Shown: piece after piece, positions 19,383 to 28,807 of the stretch
How the letters are laid out: each line of letters opens with the position of its first letter
Numbering within the stretch: position 1 is the first letter of the stretch
Sequence record: SRR31156797_4417
Strand: one strand, 5' to 3'
Length of the DNA: 60,983 bases
Program-made: the position numbers and the translations under genes
Notes under the pieces: generated by a model
What the model was told of the DNA's origin: nothing
The model's database searches: none
What the model saw: only the letters and a program-made list of their open reading frames with translations

Positions 19383-20450
19383 TTAATCGCCTTGACGTTT
19401 CATCGCCTCAGCCTGATAATGGCTGATCAAGGCCTCGGTCAACTCCTGAAGTTCACCTTCCATGATTTGCGGCAACTTATGTAACGTCAAGTTGATACGA
19501 TGATCAGACACTCGTCCCTGCGGATAATTATACGTACGAATACGCTCGGAACGGTCACCAGAACCAACTTGACTGCGACGTGTTGCATCTTCTTCTGCTT
19601 TGGCCTTTTCCTGCTCCAACTGTAAAAGTCGAGAACGCAGGACTTTCATGGCCTTGGCCTTATTCTTATGCTGAGACTTCTCATCCTGACAAATAACGAC
19701 CAATCCGGTCGGAACATGTGTAATGCGAATAGCGGAATCGGTAGTGTTGACCGACTGTCCACCTGGACCTGAAGCCCGAAACACGTCAACACGCAAGTCT
19801 TCATTACGGATATTTACATCTACTTCCTCGGCCTCAGCCATGATAGCCACGGTCACTGCGGAAGTATGAATACGTCCCTGAGACTCAGTTGCCGGTACAC
19901 GCTGTACACGATGAGTGCCAGACTCATACTTGAGCTTACTGTATACTTTTTCACCAGAAATAGAAGCAATGACCTCCTTAAGTCCACCGGAACCAGTGGA
20001 GTTGGAGCTCATCTCCTCAACTTTCCATCTGTTATCCTCAGCGTAGCGAGAATACATACGATAGAGATTGGCAGCAAAAAGCGCGGCTTCATCGCCACCG
20101 GTACCTGCTCGAATTTCAAGAATGATATTCTTCTCATCCATGGGATCTTTTGGCAAAAGAAGTACTTTAAGTTGCGCTTCAAGCTTAGGAAGTTCCCCTT
20201 CAATTTCAGCAATCTCGGCCTTAGCCATCTCCTGGATGTCGGGATCCGAGTCGTGTAAAAGCTCCTGATTGTCAGTCAATTCCTGAGAAAATTCTTTGTA
20301 CTTGCGAAAGACTGTGACCATATCACCAAGGTCTGCATGTGCTTTGGAAACCTTTTTATACCGTTCCTGATCATTAAAAATATCAGGTTGGGCAAGCTCC
20401 TGTTCCAATTCTTCGTATTTAACTTCAATCTCTTCAAGCTTGCCGAACAT
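19383..20450 (-). CDS. prfA: Peptide chain release factor 1
   Basis: GGQ motif, PxT anticodon (VPATE), GRIHTS; start taken at MFGKLEE. Confidence 0.98.
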   Translation of the reverse strand: MFGKLEEIEVKYEELEQELAQPDIFNDQERYKKVSKAHADLGDMVTVFRKYKEFSQELTDNQELLHDSDPDIQEMAKAEIAEIEGELPKLEAQLKVLLLPKDPMDEKNIILEIRAGTGGDEAALFAANLYRMYSRYAEDNRWKVEEMSSNSTGSGGLKEVIASISGEKVYSKLKYESGTHRVQRVPATESQGRIHTSAVTVAIMAEAEEVDVNIRNEDLRVDVFRASGPGGQSVNTTDSAIRITHVPTGLVVICQDEKSQHKNKAKAMKVLRSRLLQLEQEKAKAEEDATRRSQVGSGDRSERIRTYNYPQGRVSDHRINLTLHKLPQIMEGELQELTEALISHYQAEAMKRQGD

Positions 20451-20452
20451 AA

Positions 20453-21400
20453 TTAGCACTCCTCGGGATTAACAGCGCATTGCAAAGCGGCTATGGCAAC
20501 TTCGATCTGACTGTCGTCTGGTTCCTTGGTCGTCAACAACTGCATCATGAGCCCAGGCCAGCACATAATTTTGCATAACGCATTCTTGCTATACTTACCG
20601 GCAAACTTAATCATTTCATAGGCAACGCAACTAACCGGAACCATGAGAAAAAGCTTCATGCCTACAATATACAAATGCTTAACCATAAAATTTTCTGGGG
20701 AATAAAAAGTAAGCAGGTACGGAACTAAAACTGCATACAACAAGATGGAAACAACCAAGACAAAAAGTAAGAAAGCGGTTCCGCAACGGGGATGCAACCG
20801 ACTATAAAAACGTGTGGAATCAGGGGTAAGCTTTTTACCATCTTCCCAAGTCCAAATAACCTTATGCTCCGCGCCATGATATTCGAAAACGCGACGAATG
20901 TCAGGGATGAGGGATATGGAAACGATATACCCCACAAAAACGAGCATTTTGATGAAACCATCCCATGCATGAAAACTCAAAGAATCAACATCGCCTGCCC
21001 AACCGAGATATTCCATACCTACGGACAAAAAGTGGGGCAAAACCACAAACAGACCAAGTGCAGCTCCGAGGGCAATAACCATCGTCATGACGAGGTGCCA
21101 TGATGTTAATTCTCCACCCTCTTCCTCGTCGTCTGCGGCCTGCATAGCAGAATAATTAAGCGCCTTGATCCCATTAACCATAGTTTCCATAAGAACCGGA
21201 AAACCACGAAGAAAAGGCTTCTTGAGCAAGGGATGCTTCACCATGGTAAACCACGGCCTGACATCTGTGACGATTTCTCCATCTGATTTACGAATGGCAA
21301 TAGCCAGCTTATCTTTGGCGCGCATCATGACGCCTTCAATAACGGCCTGACCACCGACGGCCTGAGGAGCGGCCATCGTCAAAAGTCCTCGCAGATTCAA
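20453..21400 (-). CDS. DUF1385 family membrane protein
   Basis: [35 protein letters not shown] start at 21400 after GGAGGG (alternative ATG 21376); typical rpmE-DUF1385-prfA-prmC context. Confidence 0.9.
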   Translation of the reverse strand: MNLRGLLTMAAPQAVGGQAVIEGVMMRAKDKLAIAIRKSDGEIVTDVRPWFTMVKHPLLKKPFLRGFPVLMETMVNGIKALNYSAMQAADDEEEGGELTSWHLVMTMVIALGAALGLFVVLPHFLSVGMEYLGWAGDVDSLSFHAWDGFIKMLVFVGYIVSISLIPDIRRVFEYHGAEHKVIWTWEDGKKLTPDSTRFYSRLHPRCGTAFLLFVLVVSILLYAVLVPYLLTFYSPENFMVKHLYIVGMKLFLMVPVSCVAYEMIKFAGKYSKNALCKIMCWPGLMMQLLTTKEPDDSQIEVAIAALQCAVNPEEC

Positions 21401-21518
21401 GTAGTTACCCTCCGCTAATGGGTGGTAGTATTGACAGATCGCAGGAAAACCCCTGCGAATCACACAGGCAACAGAATTAAGTATTCCCTGGAGATTGTAA
21501 AGCCCGTCATACAATAGA

Positions 21519-21557
21519 ATATGCCTTCGCAGGGTCTTCACCCTAACGAAGGCATAT
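21519..21557 (-). terminator. Hairpin downstream of rpmE (terminator or stability element)
   Basis: ATATGCCTTCG / CGAAGGCATAT outer stem with inner AGGGT/ACCCT stem. Confidence 0.55.
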
Positions 21558-21582
21558 GCTTTCGGCACAAGGCCGGGAAAAG

Positions 21583-21807
21583 CTACTTTTTCTGAGCGAG
21601 GGAATTCAGATCGCCGTACTTCTTACGGAAACGATCAATACGGCCTGCGGTGTCAACAAAACGCTGCTTGCCTGTGTAAAAAGGATGGCAATTGGAGCAG
21701 ATTTCTACTTCCAGCTCTTCGCCCTTTGTGGTCAACAATTCAGACTCGTACCCGCAGTGGCAACGAATTTTTGCCTTGTAGGTCTTGGGATGAATATCGT
21801 TCTTCAT
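21583..21807 (-). CDS. rpmE: 50S ribosomal protein L31 (zinc-binding type)
   Basis: [35 protein letters not shown]. Confidence 0.98.
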   Translation of the reverse strand: MKNDIHPKTYKAKIRCHCGYESELLTTKGEELEVEICSNCHPFYTGKQRFVDTAGRIDRFRKKYGDLNSLAQKK

Positions 21808-21980
21808 GACTATCTCCTGTCATTCTTTTTGCGTGGAACTCGGTCTTATACGCACTGGCCCACCGGTTGGCAAGTAAAAAATCAAGCCTTTTTCCAGACA
21901 ATGAAAGCATTTCATTTCTTTCGAGGACGCTTGAGACACTTACACCATATGATATTAAAGCTGCGTCGAACAGCCTCGAG

Positions 21981-22014
21981 AAAAATGAAAGGCGGACGCC
22001 GGAGCGTCCGCCTT
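21981..22014 (-). terminator. Intrinsic terminator of dsrC
   Basis: AAGGCGGACGC / GCGTCCGCCTT stem followed on the minus strand by TCATTTTT. Confidence 0.8.
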
Positions 22015-22036
22015 GATAATCAAGCTCTGGTGCGGA

Positions 22037-22354
22037 CTAAACGCAGCCGGTGGGCTTGGGCAGGCCAGCCATCTTACAGGCTCCCTTACCAGGTCCGGAC
22101 GGGAACAGTTCGTAGATCTGCTTCAGCTTGAAGCCAGTGACCTTGGAAAGAATACGGACCATCGGTGCGATGCCGTTCTTCTTGTAGTAGTCCTGCAGGA
22201 AATCGATGACTTTCTGGTGATCTTCGGTGATTTCCTTGATACCTTCAGACTCTTTTACGTAGTCAACCCACTGCGGGGTCCAGTCTTCAAATTTCTGCAG
22301 GAAACCGTCTTCATCAACTTCAAAAGAAGCACCTTCAAATTCAACTACAGCCAT
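22037..22354 (-). CDS. dsrC: Dissimilatory sulfite reductase sulfur-carrier protein DsrC
   Basis: DEDGFL; LFPSGPGKGACKMAGLPKPTGCV with both C-terminal cysteines (Cx10C); strong AGGAGG SD. Confidence 0.98.
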   Translation of the reverse strand: MAVVEFEGASFEVDEDGFLQKFEDWTPQWVDYVKESEGIKEITEDHQKVIDFLQDYYKKNGIAPMVRILSKVTGFKLKQIYELFPSGPGKGACKMAGLPKPTGCV

Positions 22355-22483
22355 TGTATCCTCCTAATGGATGTTTTTCATGCTGTGCCCCCGAAACATT
22401 TCGAGGTAACCATATCCGTTTAAACAGCGATCCGCTGCTTAGATGCAATATAAAAAATACACACGGCCTCAAACCGTGCAGGG

Positions 22484-22512
22484 ACATTACGACCACGCAT
22501 ACCCTTTGTCAA
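22484..22512 (-). promoter_or_regulatory. sigma70 promoter of dsrC
   Basis: Minus strand TTGACA-N17-TAATGT, implying a leader of about 120 nt. Confidence 0.7.
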
Positions 22513-22568
22513 GCACAAGGCTCATTTCAATTCAAGAAATAAAGTCCCACTCTAACTATTCTAAATAA

Positions 22569-24296
22569 CTAAGATTCCAAGAGTTCATCTCGATGCTTGC
22601 GCGCGAAGTCCAGAGTCGAATCCATATCAAGTGCCGCATTCAAATAATCAAGGGCTTCAGAACGATTCCCCATGAACTTATGGCACAACCCCAAATTGGC
22701 AAGATCATGGGGTGAACCACTATCAATATCCAGTGAGGCCTGAAAGTTCTTCGCAGCCTCACTGTATCTTTCACTCTTGAAATGGGCAACGCCACGAAGA
22801 TTATAAAATTCTTTGCATTCCCGATCCAATTCGATAGCTCGATCGAGAGGTTCAATGGTTTCTTCCCATTCTTCCATCTGCGACAAAGCGTATGCCTGAT
22901 AAAATGCAGCCAGAGCTCTCTCCTGGTCTGCGGGCTGAAAAGGCTCTGCTTCCTCAAACTGTGCAGCTGCATACAAGGGGTCTCCCATGCGCAATGCTAA
23001 CAGTCCTCTAAAAAAAGGCAGGAAATACGCATCAGGATAAACCTCGGCTAACACCTCCAACCCTTCAGTCGCCTCATCAAAATCAACGTCTTCAGCGAGA
23101 ATTCGCCCAACAAATAAACCAATAGATCTATTGGGAGTCCGCTCTCGAAAATCAAAACCAGGGACAACATTATAGTTGGTGGTGACCATCAATTCAGGGT
23201 GTCGGGTGTCGACGGCATAAAGAGTATTCCCTTTGTCCCGCAATCCATTCGAAAGAGCCATCAATTCATTATATATATCTGAATCCTCAACAGTAGGCAG
23301 AGAATCCAAAGGCACGACAGGGCCTTCTTTGAGCCACTTGATCTGTTCAAGTTCAGTAAATTTTGACAACCCTGACGCTTCATACACCCGGCTGGTTTCA
23401 AAATCTCCCGCCAACTGAGCCACTTCGGTCACAGCCCTAATAGCAGCCTTGGCTGGAGAAGCTGCGGTACCAGCAGTGAACACGATTTCACTCAAAGCAG
23501 GAAACGTCTTTGGATCCCACGCCACAGCTGCAACCGTAGGCACAGGATACCCCATGGTAAAATCCTTGAGGATCAGTTTGACGCCGTTGCGCTCAAAACA
23601 CTCAACCAACCGAAGAAGAACTGTATCATCTAATGAAGCAGGATCAATAGTCGGGGTAGTTATCCGACTGCGATCGATCACGGCACAAACATGCCGTTCG
23701 ACCAATTCACAGGCTCCCTGACAGATGGATTCTTCAAAAGTGTTTCCGGCAGACGATCCGTTGAACTCGTTAAGTTTCTTGAACCAATCCAATGGAACAT
23801 ACTCTGCCTGTCCAGTACTGACGTTCAACGCAGGATGAAACCGCCACTTCACAAGATCCATGAGACGAATCGCCTCCGGTTCGGAAATGTCTTCTTCAAC
23901 GGACAAAATAACCTGTCGGATATCCATGATCGAATCAGACCACTTTGCAGCAGCTTCTGACCATGTCAGTTCAGTAAAATTAGTCGCGTCAGCCCAAAAA
24001 CTGAAATAGGAAAACCGTTCAACCAACTCCATAAGAGCAGAAGCTTCAGCCTGCTCAGGAGATGCCCCTTTACCCATCTGCTTACGAGTGGGCATAATTT
24101 CCCGCGCCTCTGGTCCGCACACACTGACAAAAACAGGGATACCGAGTCTCCCGGTATCAACTCGATCTGTCTCGCCAAGAACACCTTTGCACTTATCTGC
24201 CAAAGCCGCTTTAACTCGTGCCACAGTCTCCTGAGGGCTACAGGCCTTATCTTGATCAGTGGTAAATTCCTTCAGACATTGCTTAAGTTCAATCAC
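22569..24296 (-). CDS. YcaO-family ATP-dependent backbone-modifying enzyme with C-terminal TPR repeats
   Basis: GKG..PEQAEASALMELVER, SSAGNTFEESICQGACELVER and RAVTEVAQ YcaO motifs; TPR-like C-terminus (YNLRGVAHFK, LANLGLCHK). Confidence 0.9.
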   Translation of the reverse strand: MIELKQCLKEFTTDQDKACSPQETVARVKAALADKCKGVLGETDRVDTGRLGIPVFVSVCGPEAREIMPTRKQMGKGASPEQAEASALMELVERFSYFSFWADATNFTELTWSEAAAKWSDSIMDIRQVILSVEEDISEPEAIRLMDLVKWRFHPALNVSTGQAEYVPLDWFKKLNEFNGSSAGNTFEESICQGACELVERHVCAVIDRSRITTPTIDPASLDDTVLLRLVECFERNGVKLILKDFTMGYPVPTVAAVAWDPKTFPALSEIVFTAGTAASPAKAAIRAVTEVAQLAGDFETSRVYEASGLSKFTELEQIKWLKEGPVVPLDSLPTVEDSDIYNELMALSNGLRDKGNTLYAVDTRHPELMVTTNYNVVPGFDFRERTPNRSIGLFVGRILAEDVDFDEATEGLEVLAEVYPDAYFLPFFRGLLALRMGDPLYAAAQFEEAEPFQPADQERALAAFYQAYALSQMEEWEETIEPLDRAIELDRECKEFYNLRGVAHFKSERYSEAAKNFQASLDIDSGSPHDLANLGLCHKFMGNRSEALDYLNAALDMDSTLDFARKHRDELLES

Positions 24297-25018
24297 GCCT
24301 GTTTCCTCTTCATGCGGAACAAATTGACAACGTTCTCTTCACCAGTCTCTCTGTCCTTATACTTGGCGGCTGATTTCATCATGGAATACTGCTCATTTGC
24401 CATGTCAAAGAACTTTCGGCCCTGCCGCTTTTGATCCATGGCAAGGACAATCTCGGCAGCCGAATCGTCAGACAGATGACTGCTCAAGAATTTCAACAAA
24501 GGCTCAAAAGCAGCCTCAGCATAAAGAACTTCGCACCCAATAATGTAATCAAAACGCTTTTCAACCGCATCTGCCGTGAAATCGACACGATGCAATGTAA
24601 GTTTATCATCTACCGCATTTTTCAACGCGTTAATCTTACTAAACAACAAAGCAAATGGATCTACATCGCTTACCGTTACTTGATGACCGAGCTTTGCCAA
24701 AACAAGGCTGTTGACCGCCCCACCAGCACCTACTTCCAAAATGGAACAATCATCGGGGAAGGGAAACTTTGTCAGAGTGTAGCCAAGAATAAGACAGGAA
24801 GGCCATATCTTGGCCCATAAAGGCAAAGTTATTTTTTTTCCAGCCCGAGTCTTATCAATAAGTTTATCTAAATATTGCTGCATATTCTTGATCTGCAACA
24901 CTTCAAGAGACATACCACCCACGTTAACCGTCTCGAATTCGACTTCGCCGAACTCGCGCACAGCTATGTCAATAAGCGCACCAATAGGCTGGTCCAAATT
25001 ATGAACTATATCCGCCAC
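24293..25018 (-). CDS. Class I SAM-dependent methyltransferase (METTL21/Methyltransf_16-like)
   Basis: PLWAKIWPS, LEVGAG, VTVSD, FDYIIGCEVLY; 4-bp overlap with the YcaO gene. Confidence 0.85.
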   Translation of the reverse strand: MADIVHNLDQPIGALIDIAVREFGEVEFETVNVGGMSLEVLQIKNMQQYLDKLIDKTRAGKKITLPLWAKIWPSCLILGYTLTKFPFPDDCSILEVGAGGAVNSLVLAKLGHQVTVSDVDPFALLFSKINALKNAVDDKLTLHRVDFTADAVEKRFDYIIGCEVLYAEAAFEPLLKFLSSHLSDDSAAEIVLAMDQKRQGRKFFDMANEQYSMMKSAAKYKDRETGEENVVNLFRMKRKQA

Positions 25019-25055
25019 TTTTCCTCCGAATATGATTTGTCTCGGAAAACTGAGA

Positions 25056-25781
25056 CTACTGATCTACTTTATTGATCTTTTCCAGAACCCACAATGCACC
25101 CGAAACAGTGTCATCCCGAGAAAATTCCCAGACGACTCGCTGGTGAACAGGCTGTCCGCCCTCCCCAACCCTGAGCTGCGCATCATAAAACACTGTGGCC
25201 ATGGTCCGACCTTCTTCCGACTTCATTTCCATCATTTTTGCATTGAGCAACATGACCTCTGTAAGACCCTGCCCAGCTTGACTTATGGCATCGTTGTAGA
25301 CTTCATCGGAAATAAAATCCCGAAGAGCCTGAAAATTCTGTTCGCCACTCGCCTGTTGAAATCGAGAATAGAAAACTTTGGCCCCTTCCAAGAATTCGGT
25401 TTCATCAAAACCATCCGCTCTTGCCGAAGGCGTCGCTGTAGGTGTGGTAGGAATCGAACGCTCATCATCCCCGGAACTGAGCATATCCCAAGTCTGACGC
25501 GCAGCCTCATGCCGATCCATGGGGCGAGCGGAACGCTTTGCCGGGCGCTCCGAAGAATCATCAGAGGTATCCTCGTTCTGGTCACGACTACCCCATGAAT
25601 CAGAGCGGGTCTTATCACCACCGGAACGACGACGAAAGGATCTCACAAGAAAATAGGCTATGCCCGCAAGAAGCAAGATGTTCAGGATGCCACCGCCGCG
25701 ACTGGCAGGTGCCTCTTGAGCAAAGGCTGGCGAAACCATTACAAATAATGAGAAGACAACTCCAAGACAACGGAAGCTCAT
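25056..25781 (-). CDS. Tim44-like domain membrane protein
   Basis: Signal/TM segments, FDETEFLEGAK..Y.RFQ, VWEFSR...WVL; start chosen at MSFRCLG (ORF is open to 25862). Confidence 0.8.
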   Translation of the reverse strand: MSFRCLGVVFSLFVMVSPAFAQEAPASRGGGILNILLLAGIAYFLVRSFRRRSGGDKTRSDSWGSRDQNEDTSDDSSERPAKRSARPMDRHEAARQTWDMLSSGDDERSIPTTPTATPSARADGFDETEFLEGAKVFYSRFQQASGEQNFQALRDFISDEVYNDAISQAGQGLTEVMLLNAKMMEMKSEEGRTMATVFYDAQLRVGEGGQPVHQRVVWEFSRDDTVSGALWVLEKINKVDQ

Positions 25782-25862
25782 CCGCTCAACCCACTTCGAC
25801 AATGATACGAAAATATGTGTGTGCATAAACTGATATGTAATTGAGAATCCCGATCCAGGCAA

Positions 25863-26261
25863 TCACTCAATAAGAGCCAGGTCTCGAAGAACTGCATAGA
25901 GACTTTCAACTTCAATAGGCTTGGGAAGATAGGCGGCCGCTCCGCCTTTGTAATAGGCTTTGACCACGGTCTTGGGATCATTAAGAGCGGTAATCATAAT
26001 AACTTTCGCTTCGTCGGAAGACCGAACTCCCGCATCCTGTTCGATAACACGGATGTCCTTCAAAGCCTGATGTCCATCTTTATTGGGCATCATTATATCC
26101 ATGCAGACCAAATCGTAAGGCGAATTTTCGTCAAGAGCCATTTTAAATAACTCGACACACTCAACCCCATCAGATGCGGTGTCACACTGCCCATAATCGG
26201 ACAGTAAGGCCGTCAACAATTTGCGGCTGGTAAATTCGTCTTCGACAATCAAAATACGCAT
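25863..26261 (-). CDS. Single-domain response regulator (CheY-like)
   Basis: LIVEDE, MDIMMP, MITAL, YLPKP. Confidence 0.93.
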   Translation of the reverse strand: MRILIVEDEFTSRKLLTALLSDYGQCDTASDGVECVELFKMALDENSPYDLVCMDIMMPNKDGHQALKDIRVIEQDAGVRSSDEAKVIMITALNDPKTVVKAYYKGGAAAYLPKPIEVESLYAVLRDLALIE

Positions 26262-26446
26262 GAATTCTCCCTTCTCTCAAGTGGATTATTTCGACCTCAA
26301 GAGAAACAAAGGGACCATAGTCTGTAAAAAGGACAAACACAAGAAGATGATTTTGGACGACTCTACACTGCAAAGACTTGCCTCACAGACGTTTGGCACG
26401 TAGGAAGATGCACCGGTTCCATAAGCTATCTGGAGGAAAATTAATA

Positions 26447-26776
26447 ATGACATTTTCGGAATTGCCCTTTTTGCTTACCAATTTTTTTGATTTTCTTGAT
26501 AGCCCTGCATGGAGAGCTTGGCCCTTCAATTCAGGATATGGTGAAAACCTTCTCCCCGCTATTGCCCGCCTCGCGTTTATTACACTTATAATGGGTGCCA
26601 TTCTTCTTTTTCTCCGTTTCCTTTTCGGCCCGGGTGGGCCACTCAGAGACAAAGAACTGGAGCAGGAAGCAATGGAAGAAACCGCAAAGGAACGAGCTGA
26701 AACCGAGGAGTTATTCGCTCAAGGTGAAATCACGGAAATGGAATATAAAATACGCATGAACCACCTTAAAGACTGA
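26447..26776 (+). CDS. Small membrane protein with SHOCT-like C-terminus
   Basis: ATG after GGAGG; one TM helix; FAQGEITEMEY. Confidence 0.7.
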   Translation: MTFSELPFLLTNFFDFLDSPAWRAWPFNSGYGENLLPAIARLAFITLIMGAILLFLRFLFGPGGPLRDKELEQEAMEETAKERAETEELFAQGEITEMEYKIRMNHLKD

Positions 26777-26778
26777 TC

Positions 26779-27561
26779 ATGCCCCTGTCCGACCATCAAG
26801 CGTCACTCACCGCTTTTGCAAACAGCCATTTGATCGGTGAAATGAACCACGATTACCACATCAGACTTAAGCTTGAACACTCTCTGCGTGTGTATAAAAA
26901 TGCCAAAACAATTATTGCAGACGAAGGCATACCCGGCCATATAGCGAACATGGCAACGCTGGCAGCCCTATTTCACGATATTGGCCGCTTTCCCCAATAT
27001 TCCATATACGGCACATTCAAAGATGCCGAGTCCATAAACCATGGCCGATTGGGTGTTTTAACCCTTCGAAACCTGAAGCTTCCGTATGCAACGCCTAGGA
27101 AAGAACTCAGACTCATTCGAGCAGCCATAGGCCTCCATAACATTAAAATTCTTCGCGACACCACGCCACAACCATTGGCAACCATTGCAAATATAGTCAG
27201 AGATGCAGACAAAATAGATATTTTCTCAGTCATCTTGGATCACCTCGATCCACAAGCGGAATCCAAGTCAGTGGTAATCCATAACCTCATCCAAGACCCA
27301 ACCAAATACTCCGACGATGTTTACCAAGCGACACTCGCAGGAGAGATTGGAGACTACAACCTTTTACGATACAGTAATGATTTTATTCTTCTTCTAATTG
27401 GCTGGCTTTTTGTCCTTCACTACCCTACTTCAGTCCGGCTTCTCGCTGAACGAGGCCTTATTGATCAAGCTTTCTCAATTTTACCTAAAGACAATAAAAT
27501 TCAAGCTCTTAAAGAAAAATCTCATATATTCATGCGTTATAAAAACACGCGAACCCCTTGA
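26779..27561 (+). CDS. HD-domain metal-dependent phosphohydrolase
   Basis: EHSLRV, LFHDIGRF, NHG, HN, RDADKID. Confidence 0.9.
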   Translation: MPLSDHQASLTAFANSHLIGEMNHDYHIRLKLEHSLRVYKNAKTIIADEGIPGHIANMATLAALFHDIGRFPQYSIYGTFKDAESINHGRLGVLTLRNLKLPYATPRKELRLIRAAIGLHNIKILRDTTPQPLATIANIVRDADKIDIFSVILDHLDPQAESKSVVIHNLIQDPTKYSDDVYQATLAGEIGDYNLLRYSNDFILLLIGWLFVLHYPTSVRLLAERGLIDQAFSILPKDNKIQALKEKSHIFMRYKNTRTP

Positions 27562-27611
27562 TATGATTATCATGAAGCCGTAGGTTGTTTCAAAGGAGTA
27601 CAGGAGCAACC

Positions 27612-28724
27612 ATGCCGCAAAAAAAAGACAGCAAGGCATTCGGCATATATAACAGGATACTTATCCTGACCAATGTCGAAGTACATGCCAAACGCGATTT
27701 AAATACCATAAAAAGCTTTGGTCCCAAAGACGTTCAGGTGTTCACATCCGGCGCCCCAGCCATCGATTACCTCTCCGAACATTCCGTTGATCTAATTTTC
27801 TGTGACTCATCATTAAATGACATGAGCGGTCTCAAATTTGCTCAAACAGTCAACACCAACATGAGCGGGCGCCCTCTGCCCATTATCATGGTCACATTGG
27901 AAAATCGCCGAGATTACGTCTTGGACTCCATTGCTGCCGGTTGTATTGGCTACATACTCCGCCCCTATTCCCTTGATACTTTTGAAAAATATCTTATTCT
28001 TGCCGATCAATTGGATAGTTATCCAGAAATTGAAGAAATGGAACTCAAAGAAGCGCAAGAAATGGTTGAACGTGGTAATTTCGACGAAGCCATTGAAGCC
28101 TTTGAAGAACTTATTTCGTATCAGGATGAAGCCCAGAAATACTACGACATGGGCTGTCAATTCATGGTTCAGGCCAAGTATGGCAAGGCTATTGTCTCCT
28201 TCAAAAAGGCGGTCAAGATCAACGACCTATTTGCTGAGGCATACAAAGGATTGGCCGAGGCCTATAAAGGTCGCGGAGACATGGAGTCTTTCAAAAAGTT
28301 TCTCCGCAGGGCGGCAGATGTCCATGCCCAGTTCGATAATTTGGAAGAAACCAAAACTCTTTTCATCGAAATTCTCAAATACGATTCAGATACACCCAAT
28401 CCCTTCAATTCCCTGGGAGTAACCTTGCGAAAACAGGGCGACTATCCGGGGGCAATTCACGCCTATCGTCAAGCTCTTGAGCTCACTCCCCACGATGAGA
28501 ACATCCATTTCAACATGGCAAAAGCTTTGTATTTCATGGGGAAACTAGAAGACGCATCAACTGAAGTCAGTGCCGCTCTCTCGATGAATCCGGAATTTCA
28601 CGAGGCCAACAAGCTCTTTCAACGCATTCATGGACAGCCTTGGACCCCGCCTAAAGGGAATAAAGTTAAAAACCGTACCGTCCACGAAGGGGTTAAAGAA
28701 TCAGCCAAGGACCTCGGCCCTTAA
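27612..28724 (+). CDS. Atypical receiver domain + TPR protein
   Basis: Receiver fold (DLIFCD, MSGL, PIIMVT, GYILRP) followed by several TPRs; start after CAGGAG. Confidence 0.85.
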   Translation: MPQKKDSKAFGIYNRILILTNVEVHAKRDLNTIKSFGPKDVQVFTSGAPAIDYLSEHSVDLIFCDSSLNDMSGLKFAQTVNTNMSGRPLPIIMVTLENRRDYVLDSIAAGCIGYILRPYSLDTFEKYLILADQLDSYPEIEEMELKEAQEMVERGNFDEAIEAFEELISYQDEAQKYYDMGCQFMVQAKYGKAIVSFKKAVKINDLFAEAYKGLAEAYKGRGDMESFKKFLRRAADVHAQFDNLEETKTLFIEILKYDSDTPNPFNSLGVTLRKQGDYPGAIHAYRQALELTPHDENIHFNMAKALYFMGKLEDASTEVSAALSMNPEFHEANKLFQRIHGQPWTPPKGNKVKNRTVHEGVKESAKDLGP

Positions 28725-28807
28725 CAAAGCTTCATCCTTCAACTTTACATTCTCTTTCAGGTGATTATTGTATTCTCGCAACACACCAAATACCCCCTGG
28801 AGGTATT

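Noticed and set aside
22355-22568. RiPP precursor peptide next to the YcaO gene
   Set aside because: The ycaO-dsrC gap holds the dsrC promoter and leader; no co-oriented small ORF with an RBS and a Cys/Ser/Thr-rich core was seen.
26393-26409. sigma54-like TGGCAC (also near 30455 and 44122)
   Set aside because: No GC at the required GG-N10-GC spacing.
27558-27575. Fur-box-like TGATATGATTATCA
   Set aside because: One base short of the 7-1-7 palindrome and no iron-related gene follows.
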